From Thermoplasmata archaeon (GTDB lineage: Archaea; Thermoplasmatota; Thermoplasmata; Lutacidiplasmatales; UBA184): a stretch of 64,000 bases of DNA. Every line of letters begins with the position of its first letter. Position 1 is the first letter of the stretch. The stretch is from positions 50,249 to 114,248 of the forward strand of contig DATJUI010000015.1 in NCBI GenBank assembly GCA_035502455.1, written 5' to 3'. Below, in pieces: positions 7,968-17,089 of this stretch. The notes under the pieces were generated by a model, which was not told the DNA's origin, searched no databases, and was given only the letters and a program-made list of their open reading frames with translations. The position numbers were made by a program, and so were the translations under genes.

Positions 7968-9552
7968 CGGCGTGCCGGCCGGGGGTTCCGGTCCGCTCCC
8001 GTCGGGCGCCGGGGGTTCCGAGCTCGAGCGGATCCGCGCGATCGTCGCCGCCTACTTTCCGGTCTACGAGACCCGGGTCGGGCCCCAGTCGCTCCTGCTC
8101 GCGATCCACCCGGACCCCGCGACCCTCGAGACGAAGTTCGACGCGCTACGGCGCGAGCTGTGGCCGAAGCAGTACGTGCCGCTCCTGCGGCGGCAGTCCG
8201 GCGAGGAGTTCATCGAGGTCGTCCGCCGGCCGCCGGTCGGCCCGTCGCGGACCTGGATCAACCTCCTGCTGCTCGCCGGCACGGTCCTCACCACGACGTT
8301 CGCCGGCGCGCTGATCTGGCTCGCGTACGTCGGCAGCAACACCCTCGGCCTCGGGGACTTCGCCTACGGCGCGCTCTACTTCGCGGCGCCGGTGCTCCTC
8401 ATCCTCGGGCTCCACGAGTTCGCCCACTTCTGGATGGCCCGCCGCCACCACCTGGACGCGTCGCTCCCGTACTTCATCCCGGTCCCGCCGCCGCTCCTGT
8501 TCGGGACGCTCGGGGCGTTCATCTCGATCCGCGAGCCGTTCCCGGACAAGAAGGCGCTGTTCGACGTCGGCGTCGCGGGCCCGCTGGCCGGGTTCGCCGT
8601 CTCGATCCCGATCGCGATCGCCGGGCTGTTCCTCTCCGTGCACGCCCCGTCGGTCCCGGCGAGCTACTGCGGGCCGACGATCCTCGGGGTCAGCTACGGG
8701 AACCTGCTCATCGGCACGCCGCTCCTCTGGCTCGGGCTCCAGCTGTTCGTCCCCGTGAGCACGAGCCTGAGCCCGCTCGCGCTCGCGGGCTGGGTCGGGA
8801 TCCTGGTCACCGCGATCAACCTCCTGCCCGCCGGTCAGCTCGACGGCGGCCACGTCTTTCGGGCGCTGTTCGGCGACCGGGTCCGCTGGGTGAGCTACGG
8901 CGCCGTGCTCGTGATGTTCGGCATCGGGATCTTCTTCTACGCCGGCTGGCTGTTCTTCGCCCTCCTGATCCTGCTCCTCGGGGTCCGCCATCCGCCGCCG
9001 CTCAACGACCTCAGTCCCCTCGACTGGAAACGGGGGGCCATCGGCGCGTTCGCGATCGGGGTGCTCGTCGTCGGGTTCGTGCTGACGCCGCTCGCGACGC
9101 CCGCCGGGGCGGTCGCGTTCCAGAACAACGGGATCGGCTACCCGACGGCCCCGCCGGGGGCCGCCGTGTACACGAACCTCTCGACGCAGCTCGCCAACCA
9201 GGACCCGCTGCCGCACGGGTTCGTCGTCGCGGGGTCGGTCGTCAACGTCTCGGTGCCCGTGGGGAACTCGAGCGAGTACCTGACCGGGGCGGCGTTCGCG
9301 AGCTGGACCGCGAACGTGACGTGGACGGTCTACCTGCCGCACGGGGCGGTCTACACCGCCCGCGGGGCGTCGTTCGCGCTGCCGTCGAGCGACTTCCTGA
9401 CGATCAACGGGACGACCTGGGCGCCGCTCGCGATCGGCTTCGCGAGCCCCGCGGCGGCCACCAGCGCGGGGATCGACCTCTCGGCCTCGGAGTTCTGCGC
9501 GCTGACCGGCGGGTCCGCCTCGACCTCGTTCGCGCCGAGCTGGGACGCCTAG
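7957..9552 (+). CDS. Site-2 protease family (M50) membrane metalloprotease with a C-terminal extracytoplasmic domain
   Basis: HEFAHFWMARRH (HExxH inside a TM helix), the LDGG motif (LLPAGQLDGGHVF) and multiple TM segments. The C-terminal ~150 aa carry N-glycosylation sequons. Confidence 0.85.
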   Translation: MGSNGVPAGGSGPLPSGAGGSELERIRAIVAAYFPVYETRVGPQSLLLAIHPDPATLETKFDALRRELWPKQYVPLLRRQSGEEFIEVVRRPPVGPSRTWINLLLLAGTVLTTTFAGALIWLAYVGSNTLGLGDFAYGALYFAAPVLLILGLHEFAHFWMARRHHLDASLPYFIPVPPPLLFGTLGAFISIREPFPDKKALFDVGVAGPLAGFAVSIPIAIAGLFLSVHAPSVPASYCGPTILGVSYGNLLIGTPLLWLGLQLFVPVSTSLSPLALAGWVGILVTAINLLPAGQLDGGHVFRALFGDRVRWVSYGAVLVMFGIGIFFYAGWLFFALLILLLGVRHPPPLNDLSPLDWKRGAIGAFAIGVLVVGFVLTPLATPAGAVAFQNNGIGYPTAPPGAAVYTNLSTQLANQDPLPHGFVVAGSVVNVSVPVGNSSEYLTGAAFASWTANVTWTVYLPHGAVYTARGASFALPSSDFLTINGTTWAPLAIGFASPAAATSAGIDLSASEFCALTGGSASTSFAPSWDA

Positions 9553-10547
9553 GGCGCGCGGGCGTACGCCCGGAACGTCCGGGTCAGGCTGCGGTGGACG
9601 CGGACCGGCACCGAGACGACGGGCGTCCACGGCGGACCGAGCGGCTCGTAGCCGCCCGGGAAGATCACGACGACCCGGCCGCCGTCGCGGACGCGGTCCG
9701 CCCACCGGGGGAGCACGCGCGCGACGAGCTCGGCCGCGACGGCGCCGCCCGTGCTCGACGAGCGGCCGTACGGCGGGTCCGTGATCACCGCGTCGCACGG
9801 CAGGGCCCCGGTCTCGATCGTCCCGGCGTCCCCGACGTGGAGCTCCTCCGCGGAGAGTCCCAGGTGGGCGAGGTTGCGCAGCGCGCCCCGCACCATCGCC
9901 GGATCGACGTCGATCCCGACCAGCCGCGCGCCCAGCAGCCCGGCCTCGGCGAGCAGCGCGGCGGTCCCCACGAACGGGTCGACGACCCGATCCCCGGGCC
10001 GGACCCGGGCGAGGTTCACCGCGGCCCGGGCGAGCCGCGGCGGAAGGCCGACGGGGCGCTGGAACGGGAGCGTCGGCATCCGGCGCCGGCCCGGACCGGA
10101 CCGGTCGACGGGCGCGATCTCCTCGAACAGTGCGTCGCCGCCGTCGTCCGCGACGAGCCAGAACCTCCGCGCCGGGTCGTCGAGGTCGATGCGTCCCCCA
10201 CCGCTCCGGTACGCGGCACCGGCCGCCCCCACGCCGGGGTCCCGGCCGCCGCCCGTCGCGTGGCCGATGCGCCGCACGGCCGCGCCGGCCCCGCTGCGCC
10301 CTTCGATCGCCAGCTGGGCGGCGACCTCGCCGGGACCGGCGAGGCGCACGAGGCACCGGCGGGCGAGGGCGAGCCGGCCCGCGAGCTCGATCGCGGCCGC
10401 CCGGTCCGGGACGTCGAGGGCCACGAGGTCGGAGGGCGTTCGGGGCGCGGGCCCCGGGCGGCCGCCGACCGCCTCGGCGGCGGCGGCCGCCTCCGCCCCC
10501 GCGAGCGCCGGCGCCTCGAGCGACCGCTCCACGAAGACCCGGATCAT
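9549..10547 (-). CDS. THUMP-domain tRNA (guanine-N2)-methyltransferase, Trm-G10/Trm11-like
   Basis: The C-terminal 333 aa of ORF 9549..10952 carry VVDPFVGTAALLAEA (SAM motif I) and ITDPPYG (motif IV, amino-methyltransferase class). Start is the ATG at 10545-10547; the upstream part of the ORF is Arg/Ala junk. Confidence 0.75.
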   Translation of the reverse strand: MIRVFVERSLEAPALAGAEAAAAAEAVGGRPGPAPRTPSDLVALDVPDRAAAIELAGRLALARRCLVRLAGPGEVAAQLAIEGRSGAGAAVRRIGHATGGGRDPGVGAAGAAYRSGGGRIDLDDPARRFWLVADDGGDALFEEIAPVDRSGPGRRRMPTLPFQRPVGLPPRLARAAVNLARVRPGDRVVDPFVGTAALLAEAGLLGARLVGIDVDPAMVRGALRNLAHLGLSAEELHVGDAGTIETGALPCDAVITDPPYGRSSSTGGAVAAELVARVLPRWADRVRDGGRVVVIFPGGYEPLGPPWTPVVSVPVRVHRSLTRTFRAYARAP

Positions 10548-11020
10548 GGCCCGATCTCCGCGGACCACGCGGCGAGCCGCTGGCGCACGCGCGCCGTGTG
10601 GGACCCCTCCCAGTAACGATGGCCGCACCGGGCGCAACGGACGGTCGGTCCGCCCCGCGGCGCGAGCGGTCCGGCGGCGTCGGGGGCGCCGCCGGACGGC
10701 GGCGCGCCGACGTCCGGCACGAGCGGACCGTTGCAGAGCGTGCACCGCGTCATCGCGACGGTGCGGGGGATCTCGGGGAAGGCCCGGGCCACGGCGATCC
10801 ACTGGTCGCGGAGCGATCCGCTCGAAAGGAGCAGCGCGCGCGGCGCGCGGCGGGCGAGCGCGCGGTCGCGCGTGACGATCACCCGGCCCTCCTCCGCGGC
10901 CCGCCGCAGCACCTCGTCGTCGGACGCGCCCCGCACGTACTCCGTGTCGCACCCCTGGAAGCGGAGGTACCGGGCCAGACGACCGACCATCTCGTCCGCC
11001 AGGAGCCGGGGCCCGTCCAT
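10544..11020 (-). CDS. Mut7-C (DUF82/PIN-like) RNase-domain protein with a C-terminal zinc ribbon
   Basis: The C-terminal 158 aa of ORF 10544..12460 (MDGPRLLADEMVGRLARYLRFQGCDT... then CTLCNG...CARCGH). Its TGA overlaps the ATG of the downstream methyltransferase (ATGA). Confidence 0.6.
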   Translation of the reverse strand: MDGPRLLADEMVGRLARYLRFQGCDTEYVRGASDDEVLRRAAEEGRVIVTRDRALARRAPRALLLSSGSLRDQWIAVARAFPEIPRTVAMTRCTLCNGPLVPDVGAPPSGGAPDAAGPLAPRGGPTVRCARCGHRYWEGSHTARVRQRLAAWSAEIGP

Positions 11021-11095
11021 CGTCGACCGCGCGCGTCCGCGCAGGGCGGTCCGTGATATAGCGCCCAACCCGTGGGGGCGACGAACGGAGGTACG

Positions 11096-12478
11096 ATGGG
11101 CGAGCGCCTGTTCGGGACGAACGGGATCCGGCGGGTGGTCGGCGAGGAGCTCACGGCGCCGTTCGTGACCCAGGTCGCGGAGGCGATCGCGGCCACGGTG
11201 CCCCCCGGCGCGCCGATCGTCGTCGGCTGGGACGGCCGGACGTCGAGCGTCCCGTTCGCCCGGATCGTCGGGGCGTCGCTCGCGCTCGCCGGCCATCACG
11301 TGATCGAGGTCGGGCTGCTGCCGACCCCCGCGGTCCAGTTCAGCGTCCGGCGTCTCGGCGCCCAGCTCGGGGTGATCGTGACCGCGTCCCACAACCCCCC
11401 CGAGTTCAACGGCCTGAAGTGCATCGCGGCGGACGGGCTCGAGGTCCCCCGGAGCGTCGAGGAGGCGATCGAGACCGGCGTCGAGCGCCGGGTCACGGCG
11501 GTCGCTCCGTACCCGAAGGTCGGCACGATCTCGAGCGACGCGCACGGGGCGTCCCACTACCTCGACGGGATCCTCGCCCAGGTCGACGTCGCGCGCGTTC
11601 GGGAGCGCCGCTTCTCGGTGGTCCTCGACTGCGGGAACGGCGCGTCGGTCGTGACGAGCCCCACGCTGCTGCGTCGGCTCGGCTGCCGCACGGTCACGCT
11701 GAACGGACACGTCGACGGCACGTTCCCGGGCCACCTGTCGGAGCCGACCGAGGCGAACCTGAGCGATCTCCTCAAGGTCGTGCCGGCGTCCGGCGCGGAC
11801 CTCGGGATCGCGCACGACGGCGACGCCGACCGCGCGGTGTTCGTCGAGGCGAGCGGCCGGTTCGTGCCCGGCGAGGAGATGCTGACCCTCCTCGCCCGCG
11901 ACGCGGTCGAGCGGCACCCCGGGGGGCTCGTCGTCTCGCCGGTCTCCGCCTCGCAGGCGGTCGAGGACGCGATCCGACCGTTCGGGGGCCGGGTGCTGTA
12001 CACCCGGGTCGGCTCCCCGAGCGTCACGCACGCGATGCAGGAGCACTCCGCCGTCTTCGGCGGCGAGGAGAACGGGGGCCTCATCTTCCCCGCCTTCCAG
12101 CTCGCCCGCGACGGGGCGATGACCGCCGCCATGGTCCTCGACCTGCTCGCCCGCCAGGGCGGGTCCCTCACCGACCTGCTCGCGACGATCCCCCGCTACA
12201 CGATGGTGAAGGAGAAGACCGCCTGCCCGGTCGCCCTGCGCGAGCCCGTGCTGAGCGCCGTGCGCGCCGCGCTCGAGCCGGGGAGCGCGGGGATCGAGAC
12301 GATCGACGGGCTCAAGGTCCGCTTCGCCGACGGCTGGCTCCTGCTCCGCCCGTCCGGCACGGAGCCGCTGTTCCGCGTGTTTGCCGAGTCGAAGGACCCG
12401 GCCCGGGCCCGCGCCCTCGCCGACCGGGGGCTCGCGGCCGTCCGCAGCGCGCTCGAGCACGTCGGCTCCGTCGCGTAG
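11096..12478 (+). CDS. glmM: Phosphoglucosamine mutase / phosphomannomutase (alpha-D-phosphohexomutase)
   Basis: N-terminal LFGTNGIRR and the active-site loop TASHNPPEFNGLK. The start is probably the second ATG in the frame, at 11096. Confidence 0.85.
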   Translation: MGERLFGTNGIRRVVGEELTAPFVTQVAEAIAATVPPGAPIVVGWDGRTSSVPFARIVGASLALAGHHVIEVGLLPTPAVQFSVRRLGAQLGVIVTASHNPPEFNGLKCIAADGLEVPRSVEEAIETGVERRVTAVAPYPKVGTISSDAHGASHYLDGILAQVDVARVRERRFSVVLDCGNGASVVTSPTLLRRLGCRTVTLNGHVDGTFPGHLSEPTEANLSDLLKVVPASGADLGIAHDGDADRAVFVEASGRFVPGEEMLTLLARDAVERHPGGLVVSPVSASQAVEDAIRPFGGRVLYTRVGSPSVTHAMQEHSAVFGGEENGGLIFPAFQLARDGAMTAAMVLDLLARQGGSLTDLLATIPRYTMVKEKTACPVALREPVLSAVRAALEPGSAGIETIDGLKVRFADGWLLLRPSGTEPLFRVFAESKDPARARALADRGLAAVRSALEHVGSVA

Positions 12479-12493
12479 GCGCGCCGGGCCGCG

Positions 12494-12844
12494 TCAGCGG
12501 ATGAGCGGCCCGAGGACGAGCAGGCCGAACAGGAGCAGCGCGAGCACGGTCGCGGTGACGATCGTCATCCCGCGCTCCCCGGCCCGCTCGAAGTAGATCG
12601 AGCCGGAGAGGACGCGCACGAGCGGCGTCGCGACGAGCACGAGCAGCCCGAGGGTGAGGTACGCGCTCGGCTGGCCGCTCGCGAGGCCCGCGGCGAGGCC
12701 GGAGATCCCGAGGTACCCCAGGATCGGGTTCGTCGCGAGGACGTCGCCCGACGTCGCCCCCGGATTCGCGATCAGGTACGCGATCAGCGCGCCGAGGAGT
12801 AGGACGACGGCGGCGACGAGCCCGATGCGCAGCACCCGGGTCAT
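12494..12844 (-). CDS. DUF1634-like small membrane protein
   Basis: Three predicted TM helices (MTRVLRIGLVAAVVLLLGALIAYLI...); it sits immediately downstream of a TauE/SafE gene, a common pairing. Confidence 0.5.
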   Translation of the reverse strand: MTRVLRIGLVAAVVLLLGALIAYLIANPGATSGDVLATNPILGYLGISGLAAGLASGQPSAYLTLGLLVLVATPLVRVLSGSIYFERAGERGMTIVTATVLALLLFGLLVLGPLIR

Positions 12845-12918
12845 CCAGACGTACGCCGACGGGGCGAGCTGCCCCTCCTCCTCCTCGACCGTCGGGCCCG
12901 GCGGCGCCCCCGAGGCGG

Positions 12919-13785
12919 TCACGGCAGGCCCAACCCCCGCAGGATCACTTCGATCGCGAGCACCAGGATCACCGGCGCGAAGAGCAGGCGCACGGTGCGG
13001 TTGCGCAGCCCGGGGAGGACCCGGCTGCCGGCGTAGGCGCCGAGCGCCGTGCCGACCGCCGCGGGGGCGGCGATGACCGGGTTGACGAACCCCGCCGCGA
13101 ACAGGACGCCGGCACCGGCCGCCGCCGTGACCCCGATCATGAAGTTGCTCGTCGCGGTCGAGACCTTCATCGGGAGGTTCAGGAACCGGTCCAGCGCGAG
13201 CACCTTGAACACCCCGCCGCCGATGCCGAACATCCCCGAGACCAACCCCGCCCCGAACATCACCCCGAGCGCGGGCGACGTGTCGGCCGCCTCGTACGTC
13301 ACCTCCCGGTCGAGCGCCTGGTCGCGGTAGACCCCGCGCAGCCCGAGCGCCCGGGAGCGCGCATCGGGGGGCCGAGGCTCCGGCAGCTCCTGGCCCCGCC
13401 GCGCGAGGCTGCCGGGGACGATCAGGACCAGCACGACGCCGAGCGCGATCAGGAGCGCGTCGGAGAGGCTCGCGTGGACTAGGAAGACCGTCGCCGTCGC
13501 GCCGATGAGCGCGCCGGGCACGGTCGCGATCTCGAGGAACATCCCGATGCGCAGGTCGCTCAAGCGATCGCGGACGTAGGCCGCGCCGGTGGTCGAGGAG
13601 GTCGCGAGGATCGTGACCAGCCCGGTGCCGGCCGCGAGCGGGAACGGGACCGCGAACAGGACCACGAGCGCCGGGATGATCACCACCCCGCCGCCCAGGC
13701 CCGTCAAGGACCCGATGAGGCCGGCCGCGATCCCCGTCAGCGCGATGAGGAGCAGCAGCAGCCAGAGGTCCACGGCGGCGGACAC
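12919..13785 (-). CDS. TauE/SafE (DUF81) family anion exporter
   Basis: 288-aa polytopic membrane protein with duplicated halves and Gly-rich TM motifs (LTGLGGGVVIIP ... GMFGIGGGVF). Confidence 0.8.
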   Translation of the reverse strand: MSAAVDLWLLLLLIALTGIAAGLIGSLTGLGGGVVIIPALVVLFAVPFPLAAGTGLVTILATSSTTGAAYVRDRLSDLRIGMFLEIATVPGALIGATATVFLVHASLSDALLIALGVVLVLIVPGSLARRGQELPEPRPPDARSRALGLRGVYRDQALDREVTYEAADTSPALGVMFGAGLVSGMFGIGGGVFKVLALDRFLNLPMKVSTATSNFMIGVTAAAGAGVLFAAGFVNPVIAAPAAVGTALGAYAGSRVLPGLRNRTVRLLFAPVILVLAIEVILRGLGLP

Positions 13786-13880
13786 GCACTCCGCGGGAAA
13801 AGGCCGACGTTCGAGTCCGGGGGACCGGCGGTCCTGAAACTTGATGCGGGCCCGCCGCTACGGCGGTCGGAGCGTGGACG

Positions 13881-16349
13881 GTGGAGCCCCGGGGAACGCG
13901 GATCGCGAGCGGTGGGCCGGGGATGGCCCCGCGCTGGTCGCACAGCAACAAGGACGGCGTCGGCACGGCCTACAGCGCCGACTCGAGGATCTGGTACACC
14001 GTCTGGCGGGGCATCGTGACGGAGGTCTACTTTCCGACCATCGACCGCCCGCAGCTGCGGGACCTCGAGTTCCTGCTGACGGACGGGGCCACGTTCTTCC
14101 ACGAGGAGAAGCGGCTCCCGAACCCCGTGACCGAGCGGTCGGGGGAGCATGCGCTCTCGTTCCGGACGCGCGCGGGCGACGGGCAGGGGCGGTACCGGAT
14201 CCACAAGGAGATCATCGCGGACCCGCACCTCCCGTGCCTGTTGCTGCGGAGCCGGCTCGAGCTGCTCGCCCCCGAACTGGCCGGCCGACTCAGACTGTTC
14301 GTGCTCGCCGCGCCCCACCTCGACGTCGGCGGATGGGGGAACTCCGCGACCGTCTACCAGGTGCTCGGCCAGCAGATCCTCGCGGCCGAGAAGGACGGGG
14401 TCGCGCTCGCGCTGGGGGCCACGGTACCGTTCCTCCGGGCGAGCGCGGGCTACGTCGGCACGAGCGACGGCTGGACCGATCTCTCCCGGAACCTCGACCT
14501 CACCGAGGAGTTCGACCGCGCCCCCGACGGGAACGTCGCCCTGACGGGCGAGGTGCCGACCGCGGCCCACCGGGAGTTCACGCTCGGGCTCGCGTTCGGC
14601 GAGAACATCCAGGAGGCCGTCACCACGCTGTTCCAGTCGCTCAGCACGCCGTTCGAGCTCCATCTTCGACGGTTCCACGAGCAGTGGCGCCGGCTCGCGG
14701 TCCACGAGCGTCCGATCTCCGGCGTCGCCCACGACGGCGGCCGGCTCTACCGCGCGAGCCGATCGGTGATGCTCGCCCACGAGGACAAGGTCTACCCCGG
14801 TGCGTTCATCGCCTCCCTCTCGATCCCGTGGGGCGCCGCGAAGGGGGACGAGGACCGGGGCGGCTACCACCTCGTGTGGACCCGCGACATGGTCCAGACC
14901 GCGAGCGCCCTGCTCGCCTCGGGGACCCCCCAGGCGCCGTTGCGCGCGCTCGTCTACCTCGCGACCCGCCAGCAGCCGGACGGGGGCTTCCCGCAGAACT
15001 TCTGGGTGACCGGCGAGCCGTACTGGCGGGGGATCCAGCTCGACGAGGTCGCGTTCCCCCTGATCCTCGCCCACCGGCTGCGCGAGGCGAACGAGCTCGC
15101 GCAGTTCGACCCGTTGCCGATGCTGCGGGCCGCGGGCCGGTTCCTGATCCAGCACGGCCCGGCGACGGAGCAGGACCGGTGGGAGGAGGTCGGGGGATAC
15201 TCGCCGTCGACGATCGCGGTCTCGATCGCCGCGCTCACGGTCGCCGCGAAGCTGGCCGGCCAGCGGGGCCACGACCGGGACGCCGCGTTCATCCAGGAGT
15301 ACGCGGACTTCCTCGAGCAGCACGTCGATCGGTGGACCGTCACGGAGCGCGGCACGCTCGTGCCGGGGATCCCGCGCCACTACGTTCGGATCCGCCCCGT
15401 CGCGATGGACGACGTGACGCCGGACGAAGGGCCGGATCTCGGGATGGTGCGGCTGCCGAACCTGCCGCCCGGGACCCCCGGTCTGGTGCCGGCGGCGGAG
15501 GTCGTCGACGGCGGCTTCCTCGATCTCGTCCGCTACGGGATCCGGTCGCCGCACGACCCGCTCGTCGTCGACTCGGTGGCCGTGCTCGACCACGTCCTCA
15601 AGGTCGACACGCCGCTCGGACCGGTCTGGCGCCGGTACAACCACGACGGCTACGGCACCCGCGCCGACGGCGGCCCGTACGACGGGTGGGGCCAGGGGCG
15701 CGCCTGGCCCCTCCTCACGGGCGAGCGGGGCCACTACGAGCTCGCCGCGGGACGCGACCCGGTCCCGTACCTGCACGCGATGGAGCGGCTGGCGACCTCC
15801 ACGGGCCTCCTACCGGAGCAGGTGTGGGACGAGCCCGACCGACCGGCGCTCCACCTCGAGCTCGGCCGCCCGACCGAGTCGGCCGTCCCGCTCGTCTGGG
15901 CGCACGCGGAGTACGTGAAGCTGCTGCGCTCGTGCGCGGACGGGCACGTCTTCGACATGCTGCCCGAGGTCGAGTCCCGCTACCGGCATCGGCCCGGCCA
16001 CCTGCGCCGGTTCGAGGTCTGGAAGCGCAACCGCCAGCCGGCGACGGCCCGGACCGACGAGACGATCCGGATCATCCTCGACCGGCCGTTCGTCGTCCAC
16101 GCGAGCGACGACGGCTGGGCGACCGTCGTCGATCGGCCGTCCGAGGAGTCGATCCTCGGCCTCCACTACGCGGACCTCGCCCCCCTCGAACGCCCCGGTC
16201 GGGTCTGGCGGTTCACGTTCCACTTCCCCGGCCCCGGCACCTGGGAGGGGAAGGACTACGCCGTCCTCGCGGTCGACGGGGCGGCCTCGGCGGCGGCGGC
16301 GACGCCCGAGGCTCACTCCACCGCGAGCCACCGGCTCGAGACGAAGTAG
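13881..16349 (+). CDS. Glycoside hydrolase family 15 glucoamylase / glucodextranase-like enzyme with a ~180-aa C-terminal extension
   Basis: N-terminal beta-sandwich signature (WSHSNKDGVGTAYSADSRIWYT) and the catalytic (alpha/alpha)6 region (GGYHLVWTRDMVQTASALLASG). Alternative start at the ATG at 13923. Confidence 0.85.
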   Translation: MEPRGTRIASGGPGMAPRWSHSNKDGVGTAYSADSRIWYTVWRGIVTEVYFPTIDRPQLRDLEFLLTDGATFFHEEKRLPNPVTERSGEHALSFRTRAGDGQGRYRIHKEIIADPHLPCLLLRSRLELLAPELAGRLRLFVLAAPHLDVGGWGNSATVYQVLGQQILAAEKDGVALALGATVPFLRASAGYVGTSDGWTDLSRNLDLTEEFDRAPDGNVALTGEVPTAAHREFTLGLAFGENIQEAVTTLFQSLSTPFELHLRRFHEQWRRLAVHERPISGVAHDGGRLYRASRSVMLAHEDKVYPGAFIASLSIPWGAAKGDEDRGGYHLVWTRDMVQTASALLASGTPQAPLRALVYLATRQQPDGGFPQNFWVTGEPYWRGIQLDEVAFPLILAHRLREANELAQFDPLPMLRAAGRFLIQHGPATEQDRWEEVGGYSPSTIAVSIAALTVAAKLAGQRGHDRDAAFIQEYADFLEQHVDRWTVTERGTLVPGIPRHYVRIRPVAMDDVTPDEGPDLGMVRLPNLPPGTPGLVPAAEVVDGGFLDLVRYGIRSPHDPLVVDSVAVLDHVLKVDTPLGPVWRRYNHDGYGTRADGGPYDGWGQGRAWPLLTGERGHYELAAGRDPVPYLHAMERLATSTGLLPEQVWDEPDRPALHLELGRPTESAVPLVWAHAEYVKLLRSCADGHVFDMLPEVESRYRHRPGHLRRFEVWKRNRQPATARTDETIRIILDRPFVVHASDDGWATVVDRPSEESILGLHYADLAPLERPGRVWRFTFHFPGPGTWEGKDYAVLAVDGAASAAAATPEAHSTASHRLETK

Positions 16350-17089
16350 CCGATCGTCAGCATCGTGCCGGCGAACAGTCCGAGGTAGCCGAGGTACGCC
16401 CAGTTCGGCGCCGTCCCGAGCACGAAGCTGCGGCCGAGCAGCGCCGAGAACGTGATGGGGTTCACGTTCGAGATGTCCTGCATCCACGTCGGGAAGTGCG
16501 AGCTCCCGAACAGCGCCGCGCTCGCGAACATGAGCGGCATGGTGATGAAGTTCGAGACGACGCCCGGCGTCTGCCAGTCGGTCGAGCGGGCCGTGATCGC
16601 GAGGAACAGGCTGCAAAAGCCGATCGCGAGCAGCATGAGCGTGACGATCCAGGCGAACCAGTCGAGCGGCGAGAGGTGGAACGAGACGCCGAAGGCGATC
16701 GCCGCGGCGATCATCACCGGGAACTGCACGAGGCCCCGCGTCGCGGACCCGAGCGCCTTCGTGACGAACACGAGCCCCTTCGAGGTCGGCGTGATCAGGA
16801 TCCGCTTCATGAAGCCGAACCGCTTGTCCTGGATGGTGCTCATCGAGCCGAACATCCCGACGGTGAGCATCGACGTCGAGAGGACGCCGGGCAGCAGGAA
16901 CTGGATGTAGTTGCTCGCGCCGAACAGCGTTTCGAGCTCCGAAGCGGGAAGGAGCGAAAAGCTGCTGCCGAAGAATGCGAGCCACATGAACGGCTGCACG
17001 ATCGTGATCAGCAGCACGAACGGGTTGCGGAACGTCCGGAGGATCTCCCGGGAGTACAGGCCCCAGAACGGGCTCCACTGCAGCTTCAT
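16313..17089 (-). CDS. ABC-2 type transporter permease
   Basis: The C-terminal 258 aa of ORF 16313..19294 form a six-TM hydrophobic protein; the start ATG overlaps the stop of the ATPase gene (ATGA). Confidence 0.8.
   Translation of the reverse strand: MKLQWSPFWGLYSREILRTFRNPFVLLITIVQPFMWLAFFGSSFSLLPASELETLFGASNYIQFLLPGVLSTSMLTVGMFGSMSTIQDKRFGFMKRILITPTSKGLVFVTKALGSATRGLVQFPVMIAAAIAFGVSFHLSPLDWFAWIVTLMLLAIGFCSLFLAITARSTDWQTPGVVSNFITMPLMFASAALFGSSHFPTWMQDISNVNPITFSALLGRSFVLGTAPNWAYLGYLGLFAGTMLTIGYFVSSRWLAVE

Noticed and set aside
8146-10616. 736-aa minus ORF and 818-aa plus ORF overlapping the S2P protease and Trm genes.
   Set aside because: Both are RD/RG/RP repeat translations. The S2P frame has HExxH/LDGG motifs and TM helices, and the Trm frame has SAM-MTase motifs.
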